DNA from: Pontibacterium sp.
GTDB taxonomy: Bacteria > Pseudomonadota > Gammaproteobacteria > Pseudomonadales > Balneatricaceae
Direction: 5' to 3'
DNA: 38,974 bases
Assembly: GCF_041587635.1 (NCBI RefSeq)
Contig: NZ_JBFGYC010000001.1
Span: 1-38,974, forward strand
Shown: piece by piece, positions 18,121-28,203 of the stretch
Layout of the letters: each line of letters starts with the position of its first letter
How positions within the stretch are numbered: position 1 is the first letter of the stretch
Notes under the pieces: generated by a model
Databases searched by the model: none
Told to the model about the DNA's origin: nothing
What the model saw: the letters and a program-made list of their open reading frames with translations, nothing else
Program-made: the position numbers and the translations under genes

Positions 18121-18655
18121 GGTCATCAATCCGGTCATAATCCTGCTTATGCGCCTCGCCAATATTGGGGGCCGCCGACAAATACACCTCTGACGGGGCA
18201 AAATCAGGCATTTTCCAGCCTTCGCCGATATGTATTTTTTGGGTCCACTGCACGATCCAGCGTTCGCAGCCATCAGACCCCACAATGGGCACGCCGGGAA
18301 ACGCTTTAGCTTCGCCTGCGGCCTCCACCGCACGCCCCAGACCCCAAGCATTGCCATCAACCAGGCCCAGCAAGAACAGGGCCATATTGCAGATTTCGCG
18401 GCCTACATTGGGAGTTTGAGAACCCAGCACACAATGGGCGATCAGCTCTATGTTGTACGCTTTGCGTCCACCGCTGGCGCGGGCTGATTTTCCAATCTCG
18501 ACCACTTCCAGCAGGATCGCCGGGGTTTCAATAGGTTCACGGCTCAGCGGCTCATAATCTGAGACGCTCACCGTGGGGAATTGGGTTTTAATGTCGGTGA
18601 TAACCCGATCAATCAGCTGATCAGGACTGGATAGAACATTGCTATTTTCGCTCAT
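18107..18655 (-). CDS. Tail completion/terminator-like neck protein
   Basis: Position; IETPAILLEV..W.VQWTQ.IH.G pattern. Confidence 0.65.
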   Translation of the reverse strand: MSENSNVLSSPDQLIDRVITDIKTQFPTVSVSDYEPLSREPIETPAILLEVVEIGKSARASGGRKAYNIELIAHCVLGSQTPNVGREICNMALFLLGLVDGNAWGLGRAVEAAGEAKAFPGVPIVGSDGCERWIVQWTQKIHIGEGWKMPDFAPSEVYLSAAPNIGEAHKQDYDRIDDHEPG

Positions 18656-19289
18656 GATTCACCACGTAATTCAGCTCTTGCTCTAACACGGATTCAAACC
18701 GATCCTGGCCCCGGCGCTCAAACCGCCGGAAGATTTCAGCCGCTTGTTGCTCCACCGCCACACCCACCCGACGCAACGGAAAACGCCCGCGCTGACTGCT
18801 GTCATTCGGTCCGCCGTGATCCAAAAACTTGCCATCGCCTGGGCGACCGCTGCCGCCCCAGGTGGGAAGATCCAACCCCAGATCTGCCGCACGGCTGGCA
18901 CGAATCCAGACATTCGGTTCCGGGTTATAGACGCTACGATAAAATGCCCCCTTCCAGGAGCGACGGCCCACCGTGACCCCTTTACGGGTTTGACGGGGAC
19001 GGCCCAGCGCATCCGCCGACAGCGGCAAAGAGCCAAACCACAGGATATGCACTTGCTCGGAGCCTTTGCCCAGCGTGCTAATAGACAGACGGTGTTTAAA
19101 GGCTTTTTGTGAAACACCCAGGGCCTGGGCCATTTCGCGGGCTATACGGGTGCGAACCCATTGCAGGGTTTTACGCTGAGCACGGACAGCGGCCTTTTGC
19201 AGCTGCGCGGGCGTGGCCTGAATTACCAGGTTGGCCCGCGCAATCTGCTGGGCAAAATTCAGCTCAAGACTAACGCCAGGTACTGCCAT
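18642..19289 (-). CDS. Minor tail protein (lambda gpZ-like)
   Basis: Arg-rich, GRPRQTRKGVTVG..GAF, LEQELNY; start likely 19289. Confidence 0.7.
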   Translation of the reverse strand: MAVPGVSLELNFAQQIARANLVIQATPAQLQKAAVRAQRKTLQWVRTRIAREMAQALGVSQKAFKHRLSISTLGKGSEQVHILWFGSLPLSADALGRPRQTRKGVTVGRRSWKGAFYRSVYNPEPNVWIRASRAADLGLDLPTWGGSGRPGDGKFLDHGGPNDSSQRGRFPLRRVGVAVEQQAAEIFRRFERRGQDRFESVLEQELNYVVNHERK

Positions 19290-19638
19290 TACCGCCACCA
19301 CTCTCAGCCGGGTTTTCCGGCTTATGCGGCGCAAGGTGCAATAAAATCCCGCCGCTGCCATCACGCGGCGAGCGCGCTGGAAAAAACACCTTTTCGCCTA
19401 TTTGGACAGTCCAGGCTTTATCAATGCCTGGGCAGTCGGTTTCTACGATGAGTAACGTACGCTGCGGGATCTCGCGGCGGGACTGCGCCCCCCCGCCCTT
19501 ATAGTGAACCTGGGCGTCCGGGTCGGTATAACTCCCCTTCAGCGCGACGGTTTCACCATTAGGGCCGGTGAGCACAGCGGCGGTATGTGAGACCCGGCGA
19601 ATGGCGCGCACAGCGGCGCGCGCAAACGGATCAGACAT
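19270..19638 (-). CDS. Head-tail joining protein (gpFII-like)
   Basis: Position after the MCP; P.DGSG..L.L C-terminal motif. Confidence 0.6.
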   Translation of the reverse strand: MSDPFARAAVRAIRRVSHTAAVLTGPNGETVALKGSYTDPDAQVHYKGGGAQSRREIPQRTLLIVETDCPGIDKAWTVQIGEKVFFPARSPRDGSGGILLHLAPHKPENPAESGGGNGSTWR

Positions 19639-19646
19639 AGATCACC

Positions 19647-20666
19647 TTACGTTTTGATCTTCAAGCGGCGAATCGCCAGCGGGTTGGTACACACGTTGAT
19701 CGGGTTAGACTGAAGTTCCAGATCCACGCCTTTGTTGTGTTTCTTGCGCTCTGCACTGGCGTAATACGGCAAGCCCACGGTATTAACCGTCTCTTCGTAG
19801 TCCGCCGGAGCAAAGCGAGTCAGGAACAAACCGCGCTTGCCTTCCGGCACCAGCAGTGCCTCGCCCGCCTTCACAAAGCGTTCTTTCTGCCCGTTTGGCT
19901 TGGTGACTTCTTCGGTATTTTCTTCCCAGAAAATTTCCTGCCAGTAGATACCCGAACGCACATCATCGCGCAGAGCTGACCCGTTGTTATAGCGATCCAT
20001 CGCCTTCACGAAGTCGTCATTTTCCTGCAGAAGATCCATAAACTCAGGACTTGCCAGCGCTCGAAACTTCTTCGCTTTCACCCCGGTTTGATGCTTCTCA
20101 GAATTACGCTTGGCGGCCTGCAGCTGAGTGCGCAAGACCTTAGAAAAATCAATCGTATCCTGGGCGTCAGCCAGCTTTATATTGAACTTTTCAAACAGAT
20201 CAACAATCAGATTTCCGTTAGCGCCGTAGATCTTGCCGTACACCGCCCCAAAGCGCAGAAACTCAACAGTCGCCTCCAGGCTCGCGATACCGTCTTCGGT
20301 TTTATCAGCAACCAGGGATTCCAGGGATTTCAACTCGTCTTCGTCGTCTTCGTTCTCCCAGCTTTTCATATTCTGCACATCATCCGCGAACACTTCCGCT
20401 TCAGCTGGCAAATGAACCGCCTTAAACGTGTGAGTAACAACGTCGCGCTCACCAATGCGCGTACCACTTTCACCGCGCTTTTTCTCAGGGATCAGCATCA
20501 CCTGACCGTTGCGATACGCGATTTCGATACTGGTGGTACGAATACCCTTTTCTTCAAACCAGCCCAGCTCAGCGATACGCAAACGCGGGAGCTGAATATT
20601 GTTAATGATCTTAGTCAGCGTTTTCTTAGTGAAAACCCGTGAATCCAGTGCAGCCTGCACATTCAT
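19647..20666 (-). CDS. Major capsid protein (lambda gpE family)
   Basis: FTKKTLTKIIN..LGWFEEKGIRT; FAPADY.ETVNT.GLPYYA; LELQSNPI. Confidence 0.92.
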   Translation of the reverse strand: MNVQAALDSRVFTKKTLTKIINNIQLPRLRIAELGWFEEKGIRTTSIEIAYRNGQVMLIPEKKRGESGTRIGERDVVTHTFKAVHLPAEAEVFADDVQNMKSWENEDDEDELKSLESLVADKTEDGIASLEATVEFLRFGAVYGKIYGANGNLIVDLFEKFNIKLADAQDTIDFSKVLRTQLQAAKRNSEKHQTGVKAKKFRALASPEFMDLLQENDDFVKAMDRYNNGSALRDDVRSGIYWQEIFWEENTEEVTKPNGQKERFVKAGEALLVPEGKRGLFLTRFAPADYEETVNTVGLPYYASAERKKHNKGVDLELQSNPINVCTNPLAIRRLKIKT

Positions 20667-20681
20667 AGAAAAACCCTTTAA

Positions 20682-20705
20682 TTCGTTAAATCGTTAATTC
20701 TTTAT
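20682..20705. repeat. Octamer array (parS-like)
   Basis: TTCGTTAA ATCGTTAA TTCTTTAT upstream of the MCP gene. Confidence 0.65.
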
Positions 20706-20728
20706 CCCGCCAATTCGGCGCGCAGCGA

Positions 20729-21088
20729 TCAGCGGGCGATGACGTAATCCGCCGCTAACTGATCCAGAAACGCCTGCTTTTGCACATCAGTCGCCGCATC
20801 TGGGAAGGTCAAAAACTCGCTGTACACCGCAGCCAGGCGCACATGCCCAACCGCAGGCATCGGCGCGTCCGTCGCATCCACGCTACCGAAGACAATAAGC
20901 TTCGCTTCATGCGCTTCCGTGGCATCCACCGCCAAATCCAGAAAGGTATAGTTGCCGTTATCCAGCAGTCCCAACACCGCACCAGAGGGGAAAAAACCAC
21001 CCTCTACAACGACCGATTCGCGGGACAGATCGGGAGATAATTCACTTTTAAGATGCGCGCTCATGCGCTGAGGGGAGTTATGGCTCAT
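20729..21088 (-). CDS. Head decoration protein (lambda gpD-like)
   Basis: LSRESVVV..GAVLG..VDATDA; located between protease and MCP. Confidence 0.85.
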   Translation of the reverse strand: MSHNSPQRMSAHLKSELSPDLSRESVVVEGGFFPSGAVLGLLDNGNYTFLDLAVDATEAHEAKLIVFGSVDATDAPMPAVGHVRLAAVYSEFLTFPDAATDVQKQAFLDQLAADYVIAR

Positions 21089-21124
21089 GATTCATTCACT
21101 CTTAGTTATGCTTGACCGCCTGCG

Positions 21125-22507
21125 TTAGCGCTGACGGCGGGCCTGATAAACCGAATCGGGATTAAGCGCCGATTTGGTTTCTTCATCTTCAGCGGCTTTT
21201 TTACCGTCCGGCACCAGCTGACCATTCACGCGGCTGTTTTCGTCTTCTTCGGCTTTCAGCTCATTGACCAGCTGACCCGCCAACTTGACCGGATCGTTCA
21301 CATGCGCCAGCAGATCCGGCATCGAATCACCCACGCCCGCCGCGACCAGCACATCTTTCAGGCCCGACGCCTGTTTGATCTGCGTTAATGCGGCCTCTTG
21401 AGTCATGCCGTCAACCAACAGCGTGGCCGCCATTTGCGGAAAGCCTGCATCAGTACACGCCGCCAATACCTCTTGGGTGGCCTGTAGCGCCATCAGCGGG
21501 GCGTCAGGCCCTAAAGCGGCCCCAATGTGTGATTTCATATCCGGTAACTGATCCAGGGCCGCCACAACCACTTCAGGGTCCAGGGCTTTCAATGCAGTGA
21601 CGGCACCCGCCACCGCAACCGGCGCAGTGAGCGCCGTTACTTTTGTTCCACCTGCCATTCCATCCACTCCACTCAATTCAGCAATCAATGCTTCAAAACT
21701 GCCCAGGCGATCCGCCATACCGGCAGAAACCGCCTTTTCGCCCATCAGGGTTGCACCCTGACCAAACGACTCTAAAACCGTTTCACGCGCCACCGCGCGA
21801 TACTCAGCCACCTGATCAATAAACAGGTCCGCCAGCTGATCCAGATCCGCCAGCAGCTGGGTCCGCCCTTCTTCACTGGTCGGGTCCAGGCGCTTTTTAG
21901 GCGACTGACTGGATACGTACTCGTATCGCGTCACCCCTTCCTCAGTCGCGCGCTTTTCCAGTGTGGCGACAACGCCTATCGAACCCAGCGAGGCGGTCGG
22001 ACTGATCACCACCTCATCAAAGGCCACCGCCAACCAATAGCCCGCAGACGCACACAGATCGCCCACATAGGCGACTTGACGCTTTCCGCTCTGATTGCTC
22101 CGGATCATGGCCGCAAACTCATACACGCCGCTGGGATCGCCGCCCGGCGTATCAAACACCGCCACCAGGGTATGGATTGCCGGATTTTCCAGCGCCGCGT
22201 TGTACTCTTTCGCCAGGGTTTCCACCGACGCGCCGCCACAGGCATCCTCAAACAGCGAGGCGTAGCGGCTGATAATGCCGCTGATATGCAGCACGCCCAC
22301 GCCGTCGCGAACCTCAAGACGCTGCGTGACCGCCTGCCCCTTGCGGGCCGCCACGGCCTGCCTAGAGACTTCGCCAAACCCCTCTTTCAGCGCGGACAAA
22401 TCAATATCCGTGCTGCCGCGTGAGGCAATATCCGCCATCAGACGCAATACGTTTGCATCCAGTGCCCAGCGCTGACCTAGCAGGTACTCAAACGCTAATT
22501 TGCTCAT
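21125..22507 (-). CDS. S49 prohead protease with C-terminal scaffold
   Basis: DTPGG, CASAGYWLA, GSIGV and GMADR motifs. Confidence 0.92.
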   Translation of the reverse strand: MSKLAFEYLLGQRWALDANVLRLMADIASRGSTDIDLSALKEGFGEVSRQAVAARKGQAVTQRLEVRDGVGVLHISGIISRYASLFEDACGGASVETLAKEYNAALENPAIHTLVAVFDTPGGDPSGVYEFAAMIRSNQSGKRQVAYVGDLCASAGYWLAVAFDEVVISPTASLGSIGVVATLEKRATEEGVTRYEYVSSQSPKKRLDPTSEEGRTQLLADLDQLADLFIDQVAEYRAVARETVLESFGQGATLMGEKAVSAGMADRLGSFEALIAELSGVDGMAGGTKVTALTAPVAVAGAVTALKALDPEVVVAALDQLPDMKSHIGAALGPDAPLMALQATQEVLAACTDAGFPQMAATLLVDGMTQEAALTQIKQASGLKDVLVAAGVGDSMPDLLAHVNDPVKLAGQLVNELKAEEDENSRVNGQLVPDGKKAAEDEETKSALNPDSVYQARRQR

Positions 22508-23996
22508 TTCCGGCCCCTGAAGTTGGTGTGTTTGAGGCAGAAAAAACCCCGGTCATATTGCCGGGGTTCTCTACGCCGTTTTCTCGACAGATTCTTTGCC
22601 ACTGCGCCAGGCGCTGGGCGTTGATCTGCATGTTTTTCTCAATGTCGCGACCATTGTCGGCGGCCTCCGCATCCACATTGGACAGGTTGCCGTCAATCGC
22701 ACGCTGACGGGCTTTAATGTCCTGCTCAGGGTGCAAGTGCTTAAACGCATCCGGGCGCACATCCACCGCGCGATAAAACCACGGGTTGTCCGCATACCCA
22801 GGAGCGTCTAACTTGCCAACCTGAACCGCCGCATCCATCACCCAGCACCAGATCCCAAACATCACCTGAAAACCGGACAAGTTGGTCTGATCGAAACTGA
22901 CAGACCGATGAAACGGTTGCAGCATGGCGCGCACCAGGCGGTCATTCAGCCCGTTCCAGTCACCGGTCACCATTGGATAGGGGACCTCCTGACCTGCCGC
23001 GATCTGCAGCGCCTGCCAGCGCATATAATCGGCGTAGCCCTGGCCGGTGTTATCGCCGTCGAACAGGGTCATCTTTTCACCCAGCAAGCCGCGCAACATG
23101 GTCCCGCCTTCGACGGACTCATAACGCGGTGCGGCGTCTGAATCTGGAAACAGCGGATCACCCGTCGCCGGGTCATACTCTGCCGCCTCCGAATCCATCG
23201 GGTCGTCATCCTGACGACTCAAAAATCCGGTATAGGGCGCGCGCTCTTTCTTGCGCACCAACTCGGCGTCGTCGTAGTCACGAAAGGTTTTGTCTTTCAG
23301 CAGCACCGCCGACGTTGACGGAACACCGCGCACCGCGCCGGGGCGTTCCGGTTTGAAATGGTGGATCACATCCGCTGCGGGGACACGCTCCAACCGGGTT
23401 AGGCTGGCGCTGTCTAAGCCGTCGTGTGGGTGATCCAGGTAAAACCAATACGCGACGATACGACGGCGCTTAAACTCCACCCCCTGGATGATGCGGTTAC
23501 CGTTGGGCAATTTCCGGTTGAGGCTGATTGGGCAAAACTCCCCTTCCAGCAACTCCACCTGCAGCGGCACCGTCAGGCCATCACGCAAGCGGCGGCGAAT
23601 ACGGCGAATAAATATTTCACCGGCTGCCAGGCGCGTCCTAACACAGAGATCAGCTATCGCGGCATCGTTCAGTTGCCCATTCGGGTCCAGCTCAAACCGG
23701 GCCATATTCCAGAGCTTGGTGGCGGCATCGGCATACGCCTGCTCAGAACAAGTGCTTAGCAGCGTGAAGCCGCGCCCCACTTCAGCGGTGGTGCGCTGAC
23801 CAATACCGGAACGCAAAATAGGGCTGTTGCGCTGCCCCGCCCTGGAACGATTCGTTAGAGTTTGCGCGCTGCCCTGATTGATCCGGTTCACCCCGGACGG
23901 CGACGCCGCCCAACCATTCGCGCGCGCGCCCTGGGTGGCTCCTTCGTAATCGCGCCCGGAGCTGATCGGGTGGCCGTATTGATTCAAAATCATCAA
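22488..23996 (-). CDS. Portal protein (lambda family)
   Basis: YEGA..R..GW; IIQGVEF..VAYW; VIHHFKPERPGAVRGVP. Confidence 0.93.
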   Translation of the reverse strand: MMILNQYGHPISSGRDYEGATQGARANGWAASPSGVNRINQGSAQTLTNRSRAGQRNSPILRSGIGQRTTAEVGRGFTLLSTCSEQAYADAATKLWNMARFELDPNGQLNDAAIADLCVRTRLAAGEIFIRRIRRRLRDGLTVPLQVELLEGEFCPISLNRKLPNGNRIIQGVEFKRRRIVAYWFYLDHPHDGLDSASLTRLERVPAADVIHHFKPERPGAVRGVPSTSAVLLKDKTFRDYDDAELVRKKERAPYTGFLSRQDDDPMDSEAAEYDPATGDPLFPDSDAAPRYESVEGGTMLRGLLGEKMTLFDGDNTGQGYADYMRWQALQIAAGQEVPYPMVTGDWNGLNDRLVRAMLQPFHRSVSFDQTNLSGFQVMFGIWCWVMDAAVQVGKLDAPGYADNPWFYRAVDVRPDAFKHLHPEQDIKARQRAIDGNLSNVDAEAADNGRDIEKNMQINAQRLAQWQRICRENGVENPGNMTGVFSASNTPTSGAGNEQISV

Positions 23997-24223
23997 TCAA
24001 GCCCCCGGTTGAGCTGGGTCCGTATATGCTGCCCCAGAAAGCTAGAGCGGCGCTTTTTAGCGGGGGTCGCTTGCGCTGCCAGGCTTGCAATAATCAATTT
24101 TTCTATACGAAGCAGATCATCCAGATTGCGATACTCAATCAGCTTGCCGTCAACCTGGGCTTTGCCCTCACCCGCCGTGATCAACTCACGGATATTGATC
24201 AGGTCTTGATTTGTGTACGCCAT
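23993..24223 (-). CDS. Head-tail adaptor (gpW-like)
   Basis: MAYT..DL..I..G....DGK.IEYR.LDDL. Confidence 0.85.
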   Translation of the reverse strand: MAYTNQDLINIRELITAGEGKAQVDGKLIEYRNLDDLLRIEKLIIASLAAQATPAKKRRSSFLGQHIRTQLNRGLD

Positions 24224-24235
24224 GCCATGCCACCC

Positions 24236-26281
24236 TTAACGCCGACGGCGACGCCGGGGGGCCGCTTGCGCGGTGCCACGGGCGGCCAGATCGGACGCGG
24301 TTATAATTTCACTGTTACTGTCATGCGGGGCGGCCCAGCGGGGCGGGCGCTCCCAGTCGATTTTATTCGCGGCTTTTTCCAACACGACGGCCCAGCCGTA
24401 CACATAATGGTCGGTGGCTTCGTTGCGCACGCTGTTGCTGGATTTGCGCCACTTGCCATCATCGCCGCGCGTTTCAGCGGTCAGCTCATCAAAGAACGCC
24501 GACGGCAACCAGTCAGGGAAGTGCATATACCGCCAACCGCGCGTTTCACGCTCCAGCGCCTTACTGAGCATGTTTTTGATACGGTCGGTATGCAGAAACC
24601 ACACCGGCACATCACCCGCCGCGCTGGTTTTACGATCCTTACGTTTGGAGTTGTCCGGGTAACGCTTTTCGATCAGCTTCGCAGCGTCGGTGCTGGCCCC
24701 TTTGACCAGCATTAATTTGCGCTGCAGGCCCAGTTTTTTCAGGCTGCGCCAGTAGGTGTAAGCGTTGTCGGTTACGCCGTCTTCACCGCCGGAGTCACAC
24801 GCAGTCATCAGCACCGGCATTAAACGATCCGGGTCATCAGCCAGCGGGTAGGCTTTTTGCACCACCTGCTCAGTGAGCAATTCCCAGTCTTCCGGGTATG
24901 CGCCGGGATCGATGCGCAAGCGCTCGCCGTCATCATCCGTACGCGCTGACCACTCAATAGAAAAACGATCAATGACCGTGTTTTCCAGCTGCGCACCCCA
25001 ACCCAGCACCAGGACTTCAAAGCGGGCATTCTTGCCGCCCTGCACATCGACCTGCGCGGTGGTGAAACGCACCCAGGATGGGATCACATGCTGGCCCAGA
25101 TCGGCCTGACGTTCCTGCAGGCGATCCGCCAGATCCAGATCATGCCCTGGCGCAACCAATGGGCGGCCCTGATCGGTGTTCACCGTGGCTTTCAGATCGT
25201 CTAAGTTGCCGGTCAATTCATACTCCCTGGCGGCTGCCAAATATTTGTAAACCAGCTGATTCCAGGTCTGGAATGCAGCGGTCGGGCCTTTCTGCCAGAA
25301 ACTGGCGTATCGAGTGGGGCGCGGGTCGCCGTGTAGCGTGCCGTTTTGATCCAGGTAACAACCTTCCGGCACCCATAGGCCGCCCAGATTGGCCTGGTAT
25401 TTAATGTCTTCGAACAGCGCGCAGGCGTTATGCGGGCAGCGCATAAACACTTCAGCGCTGGCGCGGGCCGGGTCTGGTTCGTTGGTGTCATACACTAGGA
25501 GATCAAAATCAGCTTCGAAATATTCGCCACAGGTGGGGCATTGCCACATAAACAGGCGGCGATCCCCCTGGTTATAGAGCGATAAAATCCCACGGGTGGG
25601 CGGCGCTTCATGCGGCGTTTTAACCCGGTATTTTGGGTCCAGCACGTTAAAGCCCGGCGAGCTTTCCGCTAAAACCATGCCGGACGACATAAACGATTGG
25701 GTACGCTTACCTGCCAGGATAAAGCCCGAACCCTCACCACCAATGTCCAGCGGCTGGCGGTCGTAGTCGGTAATTGCCACGTATTTCCAATCGGAACTGG
25801 CGAAAATATTCTTTGACGGCCAGCCGATTTTCAGGAAGTTACCGGCCCGAAAAATCTTGTCGTGAACGTTGTTGTCATGCGGGCGCGGGGACAGCTCAGC
25901 CCGCACCAGCGGGTTAGCTTCAAATGCACGTTGCAGACGCTTTTTACTGTACTCGCGCGCCTTCTCTTCACTGATCTGAACAATCAGCATGTCAGACGGG
26001 TTGTTCACAATGTTGTGACAGGCCCAGCCGTCAACCAGGGACACGGTTTTAGAGGTTCGCGCCGGGCCGACAAAGATCACCGCGTCATAGCGGCGGGACT
26101 GTAAGCAGTCCATCGGCTCCCACATGTACGGGGCATCATCCCCGCGCCAGCGCTCCATGCGATCCCCGACCGACACGTGCAGCAGGCGGCGGGCGCTTTG
26201 TGACAACGGCTCTCTAATGGGCGGCTTCACCAGGCGGGCAATCTCCCGCCGGATCTCGTTAGTATCTGCGTAACTACCCAT
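24236..26281 (-). CDS. Terminase large subunit (GpA family)
   Basis: FVGPARTSKT Walker A, YVAITDYD Walker B, ESSP, CPTC/CPH, VDVQ, DSGG, RNEATD. Confidence 0.95.
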   Translation of the reverse strand: MGSYADTNEIRREIARLVKPPIREPLSQSARRLLHVSVGDRMERWRGDDAPYMWEPMDCLQSRRYDAVIFVGPARTSKTVSLVDGWACHNIVNNPSDMLIVQISEEKAREYSKKRLQRAFEANPLVRAELSPRPHDNNVHDKIFRAGNFLKIGWPSKNIFASSDWKYVAITDYDRQPLDIGGEGSGFILAGKRTQSFMSSGMVLAESSPGFNVLDPKYRVKTPHEAPPTRGILSLYNQGDRRLFMWQCPTCGEYFEADFDLLVYDTNEPDPARASAEVFMRCPHNACALFEDIKYQANLGGLWVPEGCYLDQNGTLHGDPRPTRYASFWQKGPTAAFQTWNQLVYKYLAAAREYELTGNLDDLKATVNTDQGRPLVAPGHDLDLADRLQERQADLGQHVIPSWVRFTTAQVDVQGGKNARFEVLVLGWGAQLENTVIDRFSIEWSARTDDDGERLRIDPGAYPEDWELLTEQVVQKAYPLADDPDRLMPVLMTACDSGGEDGVTDNAYTYWRSLKKLGLQRKLMLVKGASTDAAKLIEKRYPDNSKRKDRKTSAAGDVPVWFLHTDRIKNMLSKALERETRGWRYMHFPDWLPSAFFDELTAETRGDDGKWRKSSNSVRNEATDHYVYGWAVVLEKAANKIDWERPPRWAAPHDSNSEIITASDLAARGTAQAAPRRRRRR

Positions 26282-26786
26282 CCGCGCGCGCCACTCCTTC
26301 CGCCTGCTGAAGCTTGTCGTACAGATCGGCCCGCATATCGTCGGTGCAGCTTTCCAACTCCTCCAGCTGCTCCACTGTGAATTTGCGGGTGCGCTCCATT
26401 TTGTCGGTCAGCCCTTCAAAGAAACCCACCACAGATTTCAGCACCACAAGATTAGCCTCCCGATGCTCAACCACCGGCACCAACTGGCCTTTGGTGGTAT
26501 CCGTCGCCAAGCGATCCTTTTCGCCCGCATACCAGTCTTTACGCATGTTAGGCGGCATCTTTTCCGGGTCATCAGGAATATCAAACTCAGCGGCCTGGTC
26601 GGCCTGACAGATCGCCGGGGCGGCATCTTTTAGGGCGTACAGCTTCGACGCGCCTTTGTGACCGACCGGCTCCACCCCGGCGGCCTTCAAGCGCTTACGA
26701 ATCGTGGCGCGGTCCATTTTGAACGCCTCCGCAAAGCGGGAAATACTCCAGTGATAGGCCGTTTCTATTCCAGTGATTTCAGCCAT
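26274..26786 (-). CDS. Terminase small subunit (DUF1441/Nu1-like)
   Basis: WSISRFAEAFKMDRATIRKRL wHTH; DPEKMPP..RKDWY; overlaps the terL start. Confidence 0.88.
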   Translation of the reverse strand: MAEITGIETAYHWSISRFAEAFKMDRATIRKRLKAAGVEPVGHKGASKLYALKDAAPAICQADQAAEFDIPDDPEKMPPNMRKDWYAGEKDRLATDTTKGQLVPVVEHREANLVVLKSVVGFFEGLTDKMERTRKFTVEQLEELESCTDDMRADLYDKLQQAEGVARADG

Positions 26787-26798
26787 ATCAGCCCCTAT

Positions 26799-27233
26799 CT
26801 AAGCGGTTATCGGCTCCGGCCAGGTATGCCAGCCATTCACCCAGCCGCCGCGACCGCAGACACGCACCGCGCGATAAGACGCCTTGCGTTTCCACGGCGT
26901 CACGGGATACAGCCCGGCGCACTGCTTAAACAACCCGTCGGCGTAACTGCGCGGCACGCCCAGCAAACCGCCGCCGTGACTGCAAAGCCAGTCATGCAAA
27001 ATCGCGGCGGTCATTAGCTCGCCGTGGGGCGGCAAGACAGACCACAGAAAACGCGGGATCGACGCAAGGTCCGTGACATATCCCGCCGGGACAATGATCA
27101 ACTGACCGGCGGCGGTGCGGTACACCATGCGGGCGGTAAGCACCATGCACGGGCGGCCCTCATCGACCCAGGGCGGGGTTGCCCCCGTCCACTGTTTCAC
27201 ATGCGGCCATTCAACGATTTTCGGTTGCATCGT
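26799..27233 (-). CDS. DUF1353 family protein
   Basis: IVPAGYVTDLASIPR..W..AAILHDWLC..AD.LF; start uncertain (MQPK). Confidence 0.85.
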   Translation of the reverse strand, partial: TMQPKIVEWPHVKQWTGATPPWVDEGRPCMVLTARMVYRTAAGQLIIVPAGYVTDLASIPRFLWSVLPPHGELMTAAILHDWLCSHGGGLLGVPRSYADGLFKQCAGLYPVTPWKRKASYRAVRVCGRGGWVNGWHTWPEPITA

Positions 27234-27438
27234 CCACGCCCTGCATTGCATCAACCAGCCCCGCCAGCGCGCACACATTCACCGGGACGGGATAGCCTGC
27301 GGCCTTCAGTTTTTCGCGGATCTCTGCGCGATATTCGGGGTCGGTCGAGGCGCAATACGCGGTCGTCAGATCACCAAATTTGTAGTTGCAACCCGCCATC
27401 ATGCAGACCGCCAACAGTACCAACATCAGCTTTTTCAT
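27211..27438 (-). CDS. Small lipoprotein (possibly lysis/spanin-related)
   Basis: MKKLMLVLLAVCMMAGC lipobox. Confidence 0.75.
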   Translation of the reverse strand: MKKLMLVLLAVCMMAGCNYKFGDLTTAYCASTDPEYRAEIREKLKAAGYPVPVNVCALAGLVDAMQGVDDATENR

Positions 27439-27460
27439 CGTTTCGTTCTCGCATAAAAAT

Positions 27461-27489
27461 AAAAAAAAGGCGGTCTAGCTAAGACCGCC
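27461..27489 (-). terminator. Terminator after the endolysin gene
   Basis: GGCGGTCT/AGACCGCC stem plus 8 T on the minus strand. Confidence 0.7.
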
Positions 27490-27507
27490 GAGTGGGTGCG
27501 GAGTAAA

Positions 27508-28044
27508 TCAACTAAACGCGCGATTCTGCCAGCCGTTCAAGAACACCGCCTGAGACGGGCGGTGCGACACAATCGCTTTGTAAACTTGCCAGGCGTGGTA
27601 CTTGATACAGACCAGCAGATGAGCGGGCGGCAAACGGTTGATCGCGGCAAAGGACGCCGGGCCTAGCACGCCGTCTTCCAGCAACCCGGCGTTGAAGTCA
27701 TTCGCCGCACGCTGAGCGATTAACGCCGCAGTTTTACCGCGCATATTGACGAAGAAATTAAACATTTTCGTCGCTAAAACTTGATCCTGGATCTGCCCTA
27801 AATCGTAATGTTCCCAAAAATATTTCAGGTAAAATCCCTGGGCATCCCGGCGCGTCAGCACATCAATATCCGCTTCGCTGACATGGCCGTCGCCATTCAC
27901 ATCGCCCGCCAGATCCGGCAAGCCTTTTAGAAAGCGCAGACTGATCCCGTACGCGGTCGAACCGCCCCGGTCAGCGCGGTGGTTAACGCGCCCGCCTTCG
28001 TGCTCCAGCACATCAAGATAAGCCGTATAAAATTCAGATTTCAC
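27508..28044 (-). CDS. Endolysin, glycosyl hydrolase 108 with PG-binding domain
   Basis: LEHEGG..DRGGSTAYGI; DGVLGP; FLNGWQNR. Confidence 0.92.
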   Translation of the reverse strand: MKSEFYTAYLDVLEHEGGRVNHRADRGGSTAYGISLRFLKGLPDLAGDVNGDGHVSEADIDVLTRRDAQGFYLKYFWEHYDLGQIQDQVLATKMFNFFVNMRGKTAALIAQRAANDFNAGLLEDGVLGPASFAAINRLPPAHLLVCIKYHAWQVYKAIVSHRPSQAVFLNGWQNRAFS

Positions 28045-28080
28045 AGTAAGTCCCTCATGCGGCGCAGGACGCGCCAGCGG

Positions 28081-28203
28081 TCAGATAGGCAGCGAATCGG
28101 TGTAGCGACCCAGCAAGTAATAAGTCAGCCATAAAACCGGCGGAAACACAGAACCTGCAGCTAAGGCCACATAAAAAGAAACAACCAGCAGGCCCCAGTC
28201 CAT
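28081..28203 (-). CDS. 40 aa hydrophobic peptide, candidate holin (not in the ORF track)
   Basis: MDWGLLVVSFYVALAAGSVFPPVLWLTYYLLGRYTDSLPI; TGATG overlap with the upstream gene; directly before the endolysin. Confidence 0.5.
   Translation of the reverse strand: MDWGLLVVSFYVALAAGSVFPPVLWLTYYLLGRYTDSLPI

Noticed and set aside
7089-27482. Many plus-strand ORFs across the structural module (e.g. 11506-12234, 24026-24715)
   Set aside because: Antisense shadows of clear minus-strand phage genes, with no motifs
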